NCBI GenBank assembly: GCA_963700925.1
Contig: OY969553.1
Coordinates: 1,612,459 to 1,676,458 of the forward strand
From: an uncultured Actinomycetota bacterium
GTDB taxonomy: Bacteria; Actinomycetota; Actinomycetes; Actinomycetales; CAWJMD01
Reading direction: 5' to 3'
Length of the DNA stretch: 64,000 nt
Made by a program: the position numbers and the translations under genes. Each line of letters opens with the position of its first letter. Within the stretch, counting starts at the first letter, position 1. Shown one piece after another: positions 34,520-44,446 of this stretch. The notes beneath the pieces were generated by a model. It saw nothing but the letters and a program-made list of their open reading frames with translations, made no database searches and was not told the DNA's origin.

Positions 34520-35896
34520 GTGATCGAGACACTGCGTGCCGAGTTCCGAGGCGCACTGCTGCAGCCTGGCGAAGAGGGCTTCGACGAGTCACGCCGGATC
34601 TGGAACGGCGCCATCGACCGGCGTCCGGCCTTGATCGCACGCTGCGCCGGTGCCGACGACGTCACTGCTGCCGTCCGGTTCGCCCGTGACCGAGGCATGC
34701 TCGTGTCGGTCAAGGGCGGCGGGCACGCCGTCGCCGGTCACGCCGTCTGCGACGGCGGGCTGATGATCGACCTGTCCCTGATGAAGCGAGTCCAGGTGGA
34801 CCCGGCGGCGCGGACCGCCCGGGTCGCCGCCGGCGTGGTCTGGTCCGAGCTGGACCGGGCGACCCAGCCGTTCGGGCTCGCAGTCACCGGCGGTCAGATC
34901 AGCCACACCGGAGTCGCCGGGCTGACCCTCGGGGGTGGGCTCGGACACCTGATGCGCAAGATCGGGCTCACGGTCGACAGCCTGGCCGCCGTCGACCTGG
35001 TCACAGCCGACGGCGAGCGGATGCACGTCGACGCGATCAGCGAGCCAGAGCTGTTCTGGGGACTGCGCGGGGGCGGCGGCAACTTCGGGATCGTGACGTC
35101 CTTCGACTTCCGGCTGCACCCGGTCGGCCCGATGGTGCTGGGCGGGCCGATCTTCTGGCCCCTCGCCCAGGCTCCCGAGGTGCTCGGCTACCTGAGGGAG
35201 TTCGCCGCAAGCGCGCCCGACGAGCTCGGTATCACGGTGGTCGCGCGGCTGGCGCCGCCGATGCCCTTCCTTCCCCCGGAGCAGTACGGCCAGCCGGTCC
35301 TCGGCCTGCTGCTGGTGTGGGCCGGCGACATGGCCGAAGGCCAGCGGGTGATCGCCCCTTTGCGCAGCATCGGCACCCCGCTCTGCGACGTCGTCCGCCC
35401 CCTGCCGTACGTCGCGATTCAGAGCATGCTCGACGGCGGCGCGCAGCCGGGCATGCACTACTACTGGAAGTCACACCGGCTTCCCGTCCTGAACGACGAC
35501 GTGGTCGGCACGATGATGGACGCGATCGACACCGTGCCCACGCCCTTCTCCCAGATTTCCGGGTGGGCGATGGGCGGCGCGGTCAGCCGAGTCGATGCCG
35601 GAGCGACCGCCGTGGGCGAGCGCGAGGTCGGCTTCGAGCTCAACATCACAGCGTCGTGGACGCCGTCCGACCCGGAGGGCGAGCAGCACCGCACCTGGGT
35701 GCGCAAGCAGTGGGAAGCGCTCAGCCCCCACAGCGTCGGGGTGTACGCGAACTTCCTGTCCGACGAGGACGCGGACGGGGTCGCGGCTGCCTACGGCTCG
35801 CGGCTGCACCGCCTCACGGCGCTGAAGGACCGCTACGACCCGACCAACTTCTTCCGGCTGAACGCCAACGTCCTTCCGTCCGGAGACCAGCGATGA
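34520..35896 (+). CDS. FAD-binding oxidoreductase with berberine-bridge-enzyme-like C-terminus (VAO/PCMH family)
   Basis: GTG 34520 preceded by GGAGGAGG. Motifs VKGGGHAVAGHAV, GVAGLTLGGGLGHL, LFWGLRGGGGNFGIVTSFDFRLHP, and C-terminal LKDRYDPTNFFRLNANV. Confidence 0.85.
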   Translation: MIETLRAEFRGALLQPGEEGFDESRRIWNGAIDRRPALIARCAGADDVTAAVRFARDRGMLVSVKGGGHAVAGHAVCDGGLMIDLSLMKRVQVDPAARTARVAAGVVWSELDRATQPFGLAVTGGQISHTGVAGLTLGGGLGHLMRKIGLTVDSLAAVDLVTADGERMHVDAISEPELFWGLRGGGGNFGIVTSFDFRLHPVGPMVLGGPIFWPLAQAPEVLGYLREFAASAPDELGITVVARLAPPMPFLPPEQYGQPVLGLLLVWAGDMAEGQRVIAPLRSIGTPLCDVVRPLPYVAIQSMLDGGAQPGMHYYWKSHRLPVLNDDVVGTMMDAIDTVPTPFSQISGWAMGGAVSRVDAGATAVGEREVGFELNITASWTPSDPEGEQHRTWVRKQWEALSPHSVGVYANFLSDEDADGVAAAYGSRLHRLTALKDRYDPTNFFRLNANVLPSGDQR

Positions 35897-36762
35897 ACGC
35901 CGTTCTGGTCACCGGCGCGACGGGCACGATCGGTGTGCGGGTGGTGCGCGCACTACAGGTGAAAGGCGTTCCCGTGCGGGCGTTCGTGCGAGACCCGAGC
36001 CGGGCCGTGACAGTTCTCGGGTCGGTGGAGATGGCCGTCGGCGACTTCGCCGACGCAGCATCGGTCAGCGACGCTCTCGACGGGATGCAGCGAGTGTTTC
36101 TGTGCACTCCCAACCACCCTCGCCAGGTTGCGCATGAGACGGCCGTGATCGACGCCGCGGCGGCCGCCGGCGTCGAGAGGCTGGTCAAGGTGGGGGCGAA
36201 CGGCGCTGAGGTCGGTTCGCCGCTCCACTTCTGGGACGCGCACGGCCGCATCGAGCAACACCTTCGCGACTCAGGCCTGCCGTGGGTCGTTCTGCACCCC
36301 ACCAGCTATACCTCGAACCTCCTCGCCGCGGCAGGGTCGATCCGGGAGGCGGGGCTGCTGTTCGCCCCGGCGGGGGACGCGAAGGTGGCGCTGGTCGACC
36401 CGCATGACGTCGCTGCCGTCGCGGCAGCCGTTCTCACCGAGGACGGTCACGAAGGTCGGACGTACACGCTGACAGGTCCGGAGGCCGTGACGTACCACGA
36501 GGCGGCGGCGCAGCTGTCCGCCGCTCTTGACCGGCACGTGGGGTACGTCAACGTGACGGACGAGGCTGCTCGCGATGCCATGGTCGGATCAGGCATGCCG
36601 GAGTGGTTGGCGGACCAGCTCGTGATCCTCTGGGCCCAGCTACGGGGCGGGGCCGCGGCGTCGACGTCCGACGTGGTGCGCGTCCTGACCGGGCGAGAGC
36701 CCCGAACGGTGGCCGACTTCGCCTGGGAGCACTCCTCCTTCTTCGGGTCGTCCGCGCAGTGA
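35893..36762 (+). CDS. NmrA-like / atypical SDR NAD(P)H-binding protein
   Basis: ATG 35893 forms ATGA with the upstream stop. Rossmann motif VLVTGATGTIG. Confidence 0.8.
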   Translation: MNAVLVTGATGTIGVRVVRALQVKGVPVRAFVRDPSRAVTVLGSVEMAVGDFADAASVSDALDGMQRVFLCTPNHPRQVAHETAVIDAAAAAGVERLVKVGANGAEVGSPLHFWDAHGRIEQHLRDSGLPWVVLHPTSYTSNLLAAAGSIREAGLLFAPAGDAKVALVDPHDVAAVAAAVLTEDGHEGRTYTLTGPEAVTYHEAAAQLSAALDRHVGYVNVTDEAARDAMVGSGMPEWLADQLVILWAQLRGGAAASTSDVVRVLTGREPRTVADFAWEHSSFFGSSAQ

Positions 36763-36765
36763 GGG

Positions 36766-37627
36766 TCAGCCCGCCGCGTCGAGCCGTGACTTCTGCTCGT
36801 CGCTGAGCTGCACGTGGACGGCCTGTGCCGAGCTCTGGGCGGTCTCGGGCCGGCTCGAGCCGGGGATCGGGACAACCACGGGTGCCTGGGCGAGCTCCCA
36901 GGCCAGTGCTACCTGCTGCGGAGAGACCCCGAGTTCGTCGGCCACCTGGGCGAAGGGCGCGAAGACGGACCCGAGGTTGGCCGCCTGCGAGCTGCCACCC
37001 AGGGGGCTCCAGGGCAGGAACGCGATGCCGAGCTCGTTGCACAGCTCGAGCTCCGGCTGCGACGAGCGGAACTTCGGCGAGTACTCGTTCTGCACGGCTG
37101 CCAGCCGTCCGCCCAGTACCTCCTGGGCCTCGCGGATCTGCGCGGGGTTCGCGTTCGAGACCCCTGCAAGCCGGATGGCGCCAGCGTCCAAGCAGTTCGG
37201 CAATGGCTCCCACGGACTCGGCCCACGGCACATCGGGGTCGGGACGGTGGAACTGGTACAGCCCGATGGTCTCGACACCGAGCCTGAGCGCCGACGCCTT
37301 GGCGGCAGCCTTCAGGTACTCGGGGCGCCCGTCGAGGCCCCAGGCAGCACCCTGGCGGGTGTGGCCGCCCTTGGTAGCTACCAGGATGGCGTCGCTGTCG
37401 CCGCCCCACGCCTTGAGGGCCTCGGCGACGATCTCCTCGTTGTGGCCCGTCTCCTCGGCGTTCGGGTGATAGGCGTCGGCGGTGTCGATCAGCGTCACGC
37501 CCGCGTCGAGGGCCGCGTGGATCGTCTGGATCGACTGGTCGCGGTCGGGTGCGCCCTCCACCGACATCGGCATCGCGCCGAGTCCGATCGCCGATACCTG
37601 GACGTCGCCGATCCGTCGGGTCTGCAC
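36766..37627 (-). pseudogene. Aldo/keto reductase interrupted by a single-base frameshift near 37188-37189
   Basis: The N-terminal half (GTG 37627, AGGAGG upstream; VQTRRIGDVQVSAIGLGAMPMS..DTADAY..LYQFHRPD..SVGAIAELL) is in the frame of track ORF 36548..37696. The C-terminal half (DAGAIRLAGVSNANPAQIREA..AVQNEYS..LPWSPLGGS..VVPIPGSSRPE) is in the frame of ORF 36766..37278. The junction reads CTTGGACGC where CTTGACGC would restore AELLDAGAIR. Confidence 0.75.
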
Positions 37628-37814
37628 AGTGGTCCTCCTGGGTCCCCGGGCTCGTGGTCGAGCCGCACCTGCGCACACCCTGTCGGGGGATGGCACCCCC
37701 TGTCACCCCCGCCCATCCGCTTTGGTGAAGTCCCAGGCCTACCCCTATGCTGGCCTGCGTCCTCGACCGTTCGCGTCCGAAGGTTCGTGGACGGTGGAAC
37801 GGCAGCACGTCCCG

Positions 37815-37887
37815 GCCCCCATCGTCTAGCGGCCTAGGACTCCGCCCTTTCAAGGCGGCAGCGCCGGTTCGAATCCGGTTGGGGGTA
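37815..37887 (+). tRNA. tRNA-Glu (anticodon TTC)
   Basis: Cloverleaf read by eye: acceptor GCCCCCA/TGGGGGT, anticodon arm CCGCC-CTTTCAA-GGCGG, T arm GCCGG-TTCGAAT-CCGGT. Confidence 0.9.
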
Positions 37888-37914
37888 CGCATCACCTGGT
37901 CTTGCCACCAGCAA

Positions 37915-37988
37915 GGCCCCGTAGCGCAGTTGGTTAGCGCGCCGCCCTGTCACGGCGGAGGTCGCGGGTTCGAGTCCCGTCGGGGTCG
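37915..37988 (+). tRNA. tRNA-Asp (anticodon GTC)
   Basis: Acceptor GGCCCCG/CGGGGTC, anticodon arm CCGCC-CTGTCAC-GGCGG, T arm GCGGG-TTCGAGT-CCCGT. Confidence 0.9.
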
Positions 37989-38016
37989 CTCAGCGAGCAG
38001 CAGTCGGGCTCGATCG

Positions 38017-38089
38017 GGCCAGATAGCTCAGTTGGTAGAGCGTCCGACTGAAAATCGGAAGGTCGGCGGTTCGACCCCGCCTCTGGCCA
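38017..38089 (+). tRNA. tRNA-Phe (anticodon GAA), CCA encoded at 38090-38092
   Basis: Acceptor GGCCAGA/TCTGGCC, anticodon arm TCCGA-CTGAAAA-TCGGA, T arm GGCGG-TTCGACC-CCGCC. Confidence 0.9.
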
Positions 38090-38110
38090 CCACCAAGTCT
38101 TGGCTTGAGG
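38048..38110 (+). repeat. 63-bp direct repeat copy 1 (att-like): tRNA-Phe from the anticodon loop to the 3' end plus 21 nt
   Basis: CTGAAAATCGGAAGGTCGGCGGTTCGACCCCGCCTCTGGCCACCACCAAGTCTTGGCTTGAGG is identical to 43055-43117. Confidence 0.9.
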
Positions 38111-38269
38111 CCGTGAGCGATGCTCGGGTCCTAGCGCATCTCCGCAGGTCAGCGACCCATTGGGCCGTCGATCCGTGCGGCGGTCGAGGCGCGGTGCTGG
38201 TGTCGAGTCTCTCCGGCGGCCGTCCAATTCGGCGGATTGGGCACCGATTTGGTCACGTTCTAGGCGGAC

Positions 38270-38890
38270 CCCCTGGTCGCGCTATACCAAGGTTGCCGCG
38301 CAAACCGGTCTGCGCCGAGCCGAGCTCTGTGGGCTGCGCTGGTCTCACCTCGATGAGGAGGGGCCGGTCTCACCTTCGGCAAACCATGGTTGATCGCGAG
38401 CAAGCATCTGACGCCAGAGCAGCCCCAGTTGCCTGATGTGCGGTGACGAGCACGTCGCCGGTTCATCAAGCGACCCAAGTCTCGGCGGGGTCAGCGGTGG
38501 GTGCCGCTATCCAACCCGCACAGGATGCGCTCATCGCCCACAGGGCACACCAGGCCTGGAACGCGCCGAGTTCGCTCGGGACTACAACGACCACGAAGAC
38601 GACCACGACCTCGCCTTCGCCGAGTCCGGCGGAACGTCGCTGCGGCCAGGCGCTGTGACGAGCTCGTTCGAGACTCACGTGGTGGCGTGCGACCCGCCGG
38701 TCGTGTGCCTGCACGACACCCGGCACGGTGCCTGCTCCTTCATGCTCGCCGGCGGCGCGCCCATCGAGGTGGTGCAGAAGATCCTCGGCCACTCCTCACC
38801 GGCAGTGACCCGACAGGGCTACCCGCACACGATGAAGAAGGCCACCACCGGCCAGGTCAACGCGGTCACCGAACTGCCGAGCGCCACAAG
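38270..38890 (+). pseudogene. Tyrosine recombinase (phage integrase family) remnant: N-terminal domain missing, several frame disruptions
   Basis: AAQTGLRRAELCGLRWSHLDEEG (track ORF 38160..38393) is followed by a stop. Then there are out-of-frame pieces (RPKSRRGQRWVPLS / AQDALIAHRAHQ). Then in ORF 38436..39107 comes DLAFAESGGTSLRPGAVTSSFE..LHDTRHGACSFMLAGGAPIEVVQKILGHSSPAVTRQGYPH. Only about 160 nt separate it from the att repeat, which is too short for an N-terminal domain. Confidence 0.7.
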
Positions 38891-39234
38891 CATGCTGCAA
38901 GAACTGCGCCGTCTCGTGGGGCTGCCAGATCGTCAGCTCGACGTCGTACTCGCGGCCCGGGATCGAGTCCATCTGCCTGTGCCGCGGTTCACGGTACGAG
39001 GCCTTGGCGCACCGCCGCTGCGCCTCGTCCGGAGCCCAGCGCGGACTCGTAGGTGCGCCGACCGAGACGACGAGCGGGGGGCAGCCAGCTCGGTCCTGAT
39101 CCACTAGTCCAGCTCTGGGCCCGGGGAGCCGAAGTACCCCGGCGAGGTTGCGCCGCTGACCCATCGTCCACCGAGATGAGGATTTCGACGGTCAAGGTGC
39201 TTCACACGTCTGCCACTCCTCCTCAGGTCCGAGC

Positions 39235-42186
39235 ATGATGAGCCTCATGGGGCGCGCCGTTCACTTGTTCGGGCGTGACGAGCCCTTGGCCGCCCTCGAA
39301 GAGCTCACCCAGCGGACGGTGCGCGGCGACGCCGGCGTCCTGGTCCTGGCGGGTGCCGCCGGGTTCGGCAAGTCTGCGCTCGTCGCCGCCCTGCCCGCCT
39401 CCAGCATGCTGATCGCGCGGGTCTGGGCACCTCCGGCCCCGGCTCTCGCCCCGGCGGTGGTGATCGCGTCCGGGCTGATGTCGCGCGGCGCCGACCCCAC
39501 CGCGCTGGGCGCCCACGGAGCGGTTATCGAGGCTCTGGTCGCGGGGCGTGGCGGTCAAAGAGACGCCGCGAGCACGCATCCCTTCCTCGTCGCCGATGCC
39601 CTCCTGCTGCTGTGGGGCAGCCTGCCGGTCCCCCGCCGCCCCTTGCTCGTGCTGGAGGACGTCCACTGGGCGGACGACGACACCTGGAGCGTCATCCGCC
39701 GCCTCGTAGAGTCCGGGCCCTCCAGCGGCTGCAGCGTCCTGGTCACGTCGCGACCCGATGGCGAGTGCTGGGACTCCCTGATGCGGCTGGTTGATGCCCG
39801 AGCCGCCGAACTGTGTCTCCTCAAAGCGATCCCTGCGTCCGACGTCGCCGAGATGGTCGCCTCGTGCCTGGAGACCCGCGAGGAACTACCGAAGTCGCTG
39901 ATGGACTTGGTCAGTGCCGCCCAGGGCGTACCGCTCCTGGTTGAGGAGATCCTGGCCGACCTCCTCCGCGTCGGTGACTTGGAGTGGACGGAACAGGGGT
40001 GGGTGCACGGGCCGGCGGACGACAGGATTCCTCCCAGCCTGCTGTCGATCACCGAGAAGCGGCTCGGCGCAGTGGCACCGGTGACCCGCAGGTTCGTCGA
40101 GCGCTGCGCTCTCCTCGGCATCCGACCCGACAGCACCGGGGTGGCCGCCTCGATGGCCATGTCTGGCGAGGCAGTCGCGGCCACCGTGAGGGAGGCGCAC
40201 CGTGGCGGACTGCTCGACCTGGAGCCAGAAACCGGATCTCCACTGTTCCGGCACGAGCTCCTGCGCGAGTCAGTGGTCACCTCGATGGTCGACCTCCAGC
40301 GGCGCGAGCACGCGCTGGAGCTGCTCGCGGTCGTTGGCCCGGGGCATGACGAGCAGAGCGCTTGGGCGGATCGCGTGGTTCTGGACACCGTGGTCACGGC
40401 GGCCCGGCTCGCGGATGTGGGTCGGCGCCGCGATCTGGCCACGGTTCTGCATCTGGCCGCGGCTCGCCGTCACCTGGGCATTGGCGCGCCACTGGCGGCT
40501 GCGTCCTCCGCCCGCGCGGCCCTCGCCAGCACGGGCCACTCTGGGGACGCTCGGATCGAGGCCCAGGTGATGCTCACTGAGGCGCTCGCGCTGGCCGGCG
40601 ATGTGGACGAGGCGATCGCCGAGGCCGCCCGGGTGGACGCACTCCTACAGCACGCCCCGGCTGGGTCGAGCGGCGACGTGCTCAACTTGCGTGGCCGGGC
40701 AGTGGAAGCGGTGGCGCGCGCGACAGGACAGCGAGGTGACTGGGCAGCGGCGGAGCGGCTGGTGGGAGACATCGACGGTCTGCAGCAGGATTCGTCCGTC
40801 TGCGCCTTCTCCGCAGTCGCGGCGCTGGAGCGGGGCCGGTTCGACGAAGCAGGCGTGATCGCACGGCGAGTCCTCGACGGGACGCCCGCACCGGCAGCGG
40901 CATGCGAGGCGCTGGAGGTACTCGGTCGGCTGGCCCGTCGCCACGACCTCGCGGCGGCGGAGGCAACGTTCACACGGGCGGTGGCGCTTGCTGAGGCGGA
41001 GGGTCTGCTGCTGTGGCGTGCACGGGCCTTGCATGAGCTGGCCACGATCGCGCAGCTGCGCGAGTTCGCCGTGGCGCCCCTCTACGTGGCTCGCGAGGCC
41101 TCGGTCGCGGCCGGGGCCCCGGGACTGGTCATCGCCGTCGACTTCCATCTCTCGGCGGTGCACGGGGTCCGCTTCGAACCTGGCGAAGCACTGACCGCAG
41201 GCCGCCGGCTGCTCACCGATGCCCGTCGGCTGGGCGCACATGGCCAGGAGGCGTGGGCCTGGATCCTCATTGCCCAGGCACACGCCGTCGGTGGACGACG
41301 AACCCAGGCAGAAGTCGCAGGCCAGGAAGCTGTCAGCATCGCGCCGCACAACGCGGAGATCCGCGGCTTGGCCGCCGGAACGGCACGGGGGCTCGCGGCA
41401 CTTCTTCGGGAGGACACCGACGTCGGACTCCCGGCCTGGACCGAAGCAATCCGGGAGCTCCGCGGGCTCCCGGCTGTCACGCCACTGCCGCCGTGGTACC
41501 TCTGGCCGATCCTGGCGACCGTGGCCGATCTGGAGGGAGACGGGGGCGAGCGAGCGCGAGCCGAGACCGAGCACGGGGATCTTCGCGCCTCCCCGGGCCT
41601 GGACGCCCTGTGGCACCTGGCCTCAGCGGTGTCAGCGGGTCGGGACGGCGAAGGCGAGCTCGCACGACGACACGCAGGTATCGCCGACGCAGAACTGGCC
41701 GGGCTGAGCGCGCTCGACGGATGGCGGTTCCTCGCGCTGCGATGGGTGGCGGCCGACGCACTCGCAGCGGGCTGGGGCGAACCAGCGCGCTGGATGACCG
41801 AGGCCGCCGACTACTTCGGAAGCCGTGGGTTGACCGAGATCTCTTCGAGGTGCCGCGCTCTTGCCCGCCGAGCCGGCGCCCCCCAGCGGCGCCGCGGACG
41901 TGGTACGTCCACGGTCCCGCCCCGTCTGGACGCGGTGGGCGTGACCAGTCGCGAGATGGACGTCCTGGGGCTGGTCGCCGAAGGTCTGACCAACGCCGAG
42001 GTCGCCGACCGTCTCGTCCTGTCCCCGCGAACCGTCAAAGGGTACGTCGAGCAGCTGCTGGCCAAGACCGGCACGACGAACAGGACGCAGCTGGCAGCCC
42101 TGGCGCTAAACCCGCCGAGCGGCGGGTCACAGCGAGGGGACACGGGATCGAGGGTGGCATCACCGGAGACCACCCAGGGCTCCTGA
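39235..42186 (+). CDS. LAL-type regulator (large ATP-binding LuxR family): N-terminal P-loop ATPase + helical repeats + C-terminal LuxR HTH
   Basis: 983 aa. Walker [13 protein letters not shown], Walker B-like [14 protein letters not shown]-terminal [45 protein letters not shown]. Confidence 0.85.
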   Translation: MMSLMGRAVHLFGRDEPLAALEELTQRTVRGDAGVLVLAGAAGFGKSALVAALPASSMLIARVWAPPAPALAPAVVIASGLMSRGADPTALGAHGAVIEALVAGRGGQRDAASTHPFLVADALLLLWGSLPVPRRPLLVLEDVHWADDDTWSVIRRLVESGPSSGCSVLVTSRPDGECWDSLMRLVDARAAELCLLKAIPASDVAEMVASCLETREELPKSLMDLVSAAQGVPLLVEEILADLLRVGDLEWTEQGWVHGPADDRIPPSLLSITEKRLGAVAPVTRRFVERCALLGIRPDSTGVAASMAMSGEAVAATVREAHRGGLLDLEPETGSPLFRHELLRESVVTSMVDLQRREHALELLAVVGPGHDEQSAWADRVVLDTVVTAARLADVGRRRDLATVLHLAAARRHLGIGAPLAAASSARAALASTGHSGDARIEAQVMLTEALALAGDVDEAIAEAARVDALLQHAPAGSSGDVLNLRGRAVEAVARATGQRGDWAAAERLVGDIDGLQQDSSVCAFSAVAALERGRFDEAGVIARRVLDGTPAPAAACEALEVLGRLARRHDLAAAEATFTRAVALAEAEGLLLWRARALHELATIAQLREFAVAPLYVAREASVAAGAPGLVIAVDFHLSAVHGVRFEPGEALTAGRRLLTDARRLGAHGQEAWAWILIAQAHAVGGRRTQAEVAGQEAVSIAPHNAEIRGLAAGTARGLAALLREDTDVGLPAWTEAIRELRGLPAVTPLPPWYLWPILATVADLEGDGGERARAETEHGDLRASPGLDALWHLASAVSAGRDGEGELARRHAGIADAELAGLSALDGWRFLALRWVAADALAAGWGEPARWMTEAADYFGSRGLTEISSRCRALARRAGAPQRRRGRGTSTVPPRLDAVGVTSREMDVLGLVAEGLTNAEVADRLVLSPRTVKGYVEQLLAKTGTTNRTQLAALALNPPSGGSQRGDTGSRVASPETTQGS

Positions 42187-42203
42187 CACCAAGGAGAACG
42201 ACC

Positions 42204-42611
42204 ATGCCCGTCCAGTCGACCTCGTCGGTCCAGTCCAACCTCACCCTCACCCGCGCGCTCATCGACGACTTCTTGCACGGCGACCTCGACGCGGTCGCCG
42301 GCCACTTCTCGGCCGACGCCGTGTGGCACCTCCCCGGCCGCGGAACTCTCGCGGGCACCTACACCGGGCCCCAGGAGATCGTCGGCTTCCTGGCACGCGC
42401 GTTCGAGCTCTCCGGCGGAACGCTCTCCCTTGAGGTCCTGGACATCCTCGGCAGCGAAGCCGGAGCCGCCCACGTCCAACGCGTCACCGCCCACAGCAGC
42501 GGCCGCACGCTGGACTGCGTCGAGGTCCTCGTTCACGAGATCCACGAGGGCCTCATCACGCGCACATACCACCGGCCCGACGCCCACGCGATCGACGCAT
42601 TCTTTGGCTGA
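42204..42611 (+). CDS. SnoaL-like / NTF2-fold protein
   Basis: Real part of track ORF 41253..42611. ATG 42204 preceded by AAGGAG. The pattern LIDDFLHGDLDAVAGHFSADAVWHLPG..TYTGPQEIVGFL is typical of SnoaL-like polyketide-cyclase-fold proteins. Confidence 0.7.
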   Translation: MPVQSTSSVQSNLTLTRALIDDFLHGDLDAVAGHFSADAVWHLPGRGTLAGTYTGPQEIVGFLARAFELSGGTLSLEVLDILGSEAGAAHVQRVTAHSSGRTLDCVEVLVHEIHEGLITRTYHRPDAHAIDAFFG

Positions 42612-43054
42612 TGCCGGGCGATCGCTGGACCTGTCACGCGGCCCGTCACCTGCCGGTGTGGGCCGCCCGGCGGGTGACGCCGGGACGCGGGCGGTGGCTC
42701 TACGCGCCGATGATCTGGTTCCGGGTGGGAAACGGGCCGGCTCAACAGCAGCGATCTCGGCCAGATCCCACGGGTAGATGAGCTTTGCGTGACCAGACCC
42801 GAACCCGGGCGTCGACGACACGCCCCGACAGCCTCGCAGACCCGCACCCCAACGGCTTCGGCTGCGACCGGGGCCAACGACGATGGGACGACTTCCGGAC
42901 CATTTCGTCCCAAATGGCTGGGGCACCGATTGGTCACACGGTCCGCCGTCACGTCGGTCTCTTGGGAGTCTTCGTTCGTCGTCACCGTCCCTGACGTGCA
43001 CTTGGACACACCCACCCGACTCCAGGCGAGAAGTCGGGTCGCGTGCGCTGCGCC

Positions 43055-43117
43055 CTGAAAATCGGAAGGTCGGCGGTTCGACCCCGCCTCTGGCCACCAC
43101 CAAGTCTTGGCTTGAGG
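43055..43117 (+). repeat. 63-bp direct repeat copy 2 (att-like, partial tRNA-Phe 3' half)
   Basis: Identical to 38048-38110. The following ~150 bp (43118-43266) are also recognisably homologous, but diverged, to 38111-38258. Confidence 0.9.
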
Positions 43118-43278
43118 ACCTGAGCGCCGCTCGGGCATCAGTGCATTTGCGCAGGTCAGCGTCCTATTACGCCGCCCGGCTGTTGCCGGCGGCGGAGGTG
43201 CGGTGCTCGGGTCAAGTACCCTCCGACGCCGTCCAACTCGGCGAACTGGTCACAACTGGTCACGTCTGTGGCGCGTGA

Positions 43279-43571
43279 TCAGTTCAGTTGCGGCGTCAAC
43301 CTGGTCGGTGGTGCCTTCTTCATCACGTGCGCGTAGACCTGTCGGGTCACTGCCGGTGAGGAGTGACCGAGGATCATCTGGACCACTCCTTGGGCACGCC
43401 ACCGGCGAGCATGAGGGAGCAGGCACCGTGCCGGGTGTCGTGCAGACGCACGACCTGCAGGCTGCACGCCGCCACGTGAGTCTCGGACGCGCTCGTCACA
43501 GCGCCTGGCGGCAGCGATGTTCCGCCGGGCTCGGCGAACACAAGGTCGTTTGTTTGTCTGGACGGCAGCAC
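43279..43571 (-). pseudogene. Second tyrosine recombinase remnant (C-terminal ~95 codons only, one frameshift)
   Basis: Track ORF 43374..43571 gives DLVFAEPGGTSLPPGAVTSASE..LHDTRHGACSLMLAGGVPKE. The tail of ORF 43279..43830 gives VVQMILGHSSPAVTRQVYAHVMKKA. It is the inverted homologue of 38600-38885. Confidence 0.7.
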
Positions 43572-43666
43572 TACTAGCTAGGGATGACCGTTCGAGTATC
43601 CCAGGCCCCGACTGCGACATGTAGCCCCGCCCACCGAATAGCGCTGGACGCCCGGAGAGGGACCCA

Positions 43667-44446
43667 TCAGGCGGTGAACGCTGTGCGAAAGCGGTCGAGT
43701 GCTTGGTCGGGATCGCGGGACGCCCAGCCTTCGAGGCCGACGACGCCTTGGTAGTTGAGCCGGTTGAGGACGGCTGCGATGGCTGGAAAGTTGATTTCGC
43801 CGGTGCCCGGTTCCTGCCTCCCGGGAACATCGGCGACCTGGATCTCTCCGATCACGGGTAGTGCACGTTCCAGGAGCTGGATGAGGTTTCCTTCGCCGAT
43901 CTGGGCGTGGTAAAGGTCGAGGTTCATCCGTAGGTAGGGGTTGTCTACGGCTTCGACCAGGGCCATCGTGTCGGAAGCCCGGGCGAAAGGTGTTCCGGGG
44001 TGATCGACGGCGGTATTCAGGTTCTCCAGGGTGAACACTCGCCCGGCGCGCTCGCCGAGCTCGGCCAGTCGAGTCAGGGTGCGAACGGCGGTCAGCCACA
44101 TCGCCGGTGTCACCGTCGCGGCGGGGATCACCGGCAATCCGCGCTCGTTCAGGCCCGTGCCGTGGACGTTGAGCCGGGGGCAGGCGAGGCGCGCAGCGGT
44201 GTCGAGGGATAGTTCGGCGGTCCGCAGGAGTTCGTTGGCGCCGTCGGGATCGGCGAGGGTGCCGCCGATGTAACCGGTCATCGAGGAGAAGGTGGCACCG
44301 GTCTTGGCGAGGGCGTCGATGTCCTTGGTGGTCCAGTCCCAGATCTCCACCTCGAAGTCGAGGTCGCTGATGCGTCGGACGCGTTCCTCGAACGGCAGGT
44401 CCAGGAAAACCATCTCGGCGCAGACGGCCAGTCGGTAGCTGGTCAC
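43667..44446 (-). CDS. Hydroxypyruvate-isomerase-like sugar phosphate isomerase/epimerase (TIM barrel)
   Basis: Track ORF 43667..44842; GTG 44446 forms GTGA with the upstream stop (44443-44446). Motifs FLDLPFEERV.., LNVHGTG, TLENLN, NLDLYHAQIGEGN, IGEIQVADVPGRQEPGTGEINF. Confidence 0.8.
   Translation of the reverse strand: MTSYRLAVCAEMVFLDLPFEERVRRISDLDFEVEIWDWTTKDIDALAKTGATFSSMTGYIGGTLADPDGANELLRTAELSLDTAARLACPRLNVHGTGLNERGLPVIPAATVTPAMWLTAVRTLTRLAELGERAGRVFTLENLNTAVDHPGTPFARASDTMALVEAVDNPYLRMNLDLYHAQIGEGNLIQLLERALPVIGEIQVADVPGRQEPGTGEINFPAIAAVLNRLNYQGVVGLEGWASRDPDQALDRFRTAFTA

Larger units (their letters stand above)
38048..43117. mobile_element. Degenerate tRNA-Phe-integrated islet (about 5.1 kb) bounded by perfect 63-bp direct repeats
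   Basis: The direct repeats begin in the anticodon loop, which is classic for tyrosine-integrase att sites. Contents: a decayed integrase fragment, an LAL regulator and a SnoaL-like gene. GGCACCGAT(T)TGGTCAC motifs occur just inside both ends (38240-38256, 42922-42937). Confidence 0.7.

Noticed and set aside
37934-38227. Minus ORFs 37934..38227 and 42533..43138 sharing the peptide WWPEAGSNRRPSDFQ
   Set aside because: The shared peptide is simply the antisense translation of the tRNA-Phe 3' half and its 63-bp repeat copy. It is not a protein.
38796-39234. ORF 38796..39164 (-) and the spacer before the LAL gene as possible excisionase or small element genes
   Set aside because: There are no recognisable motifs. 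It overlaps the tail of the integrase remnant frame and has no SD. It is likely non-coding debris of the element.
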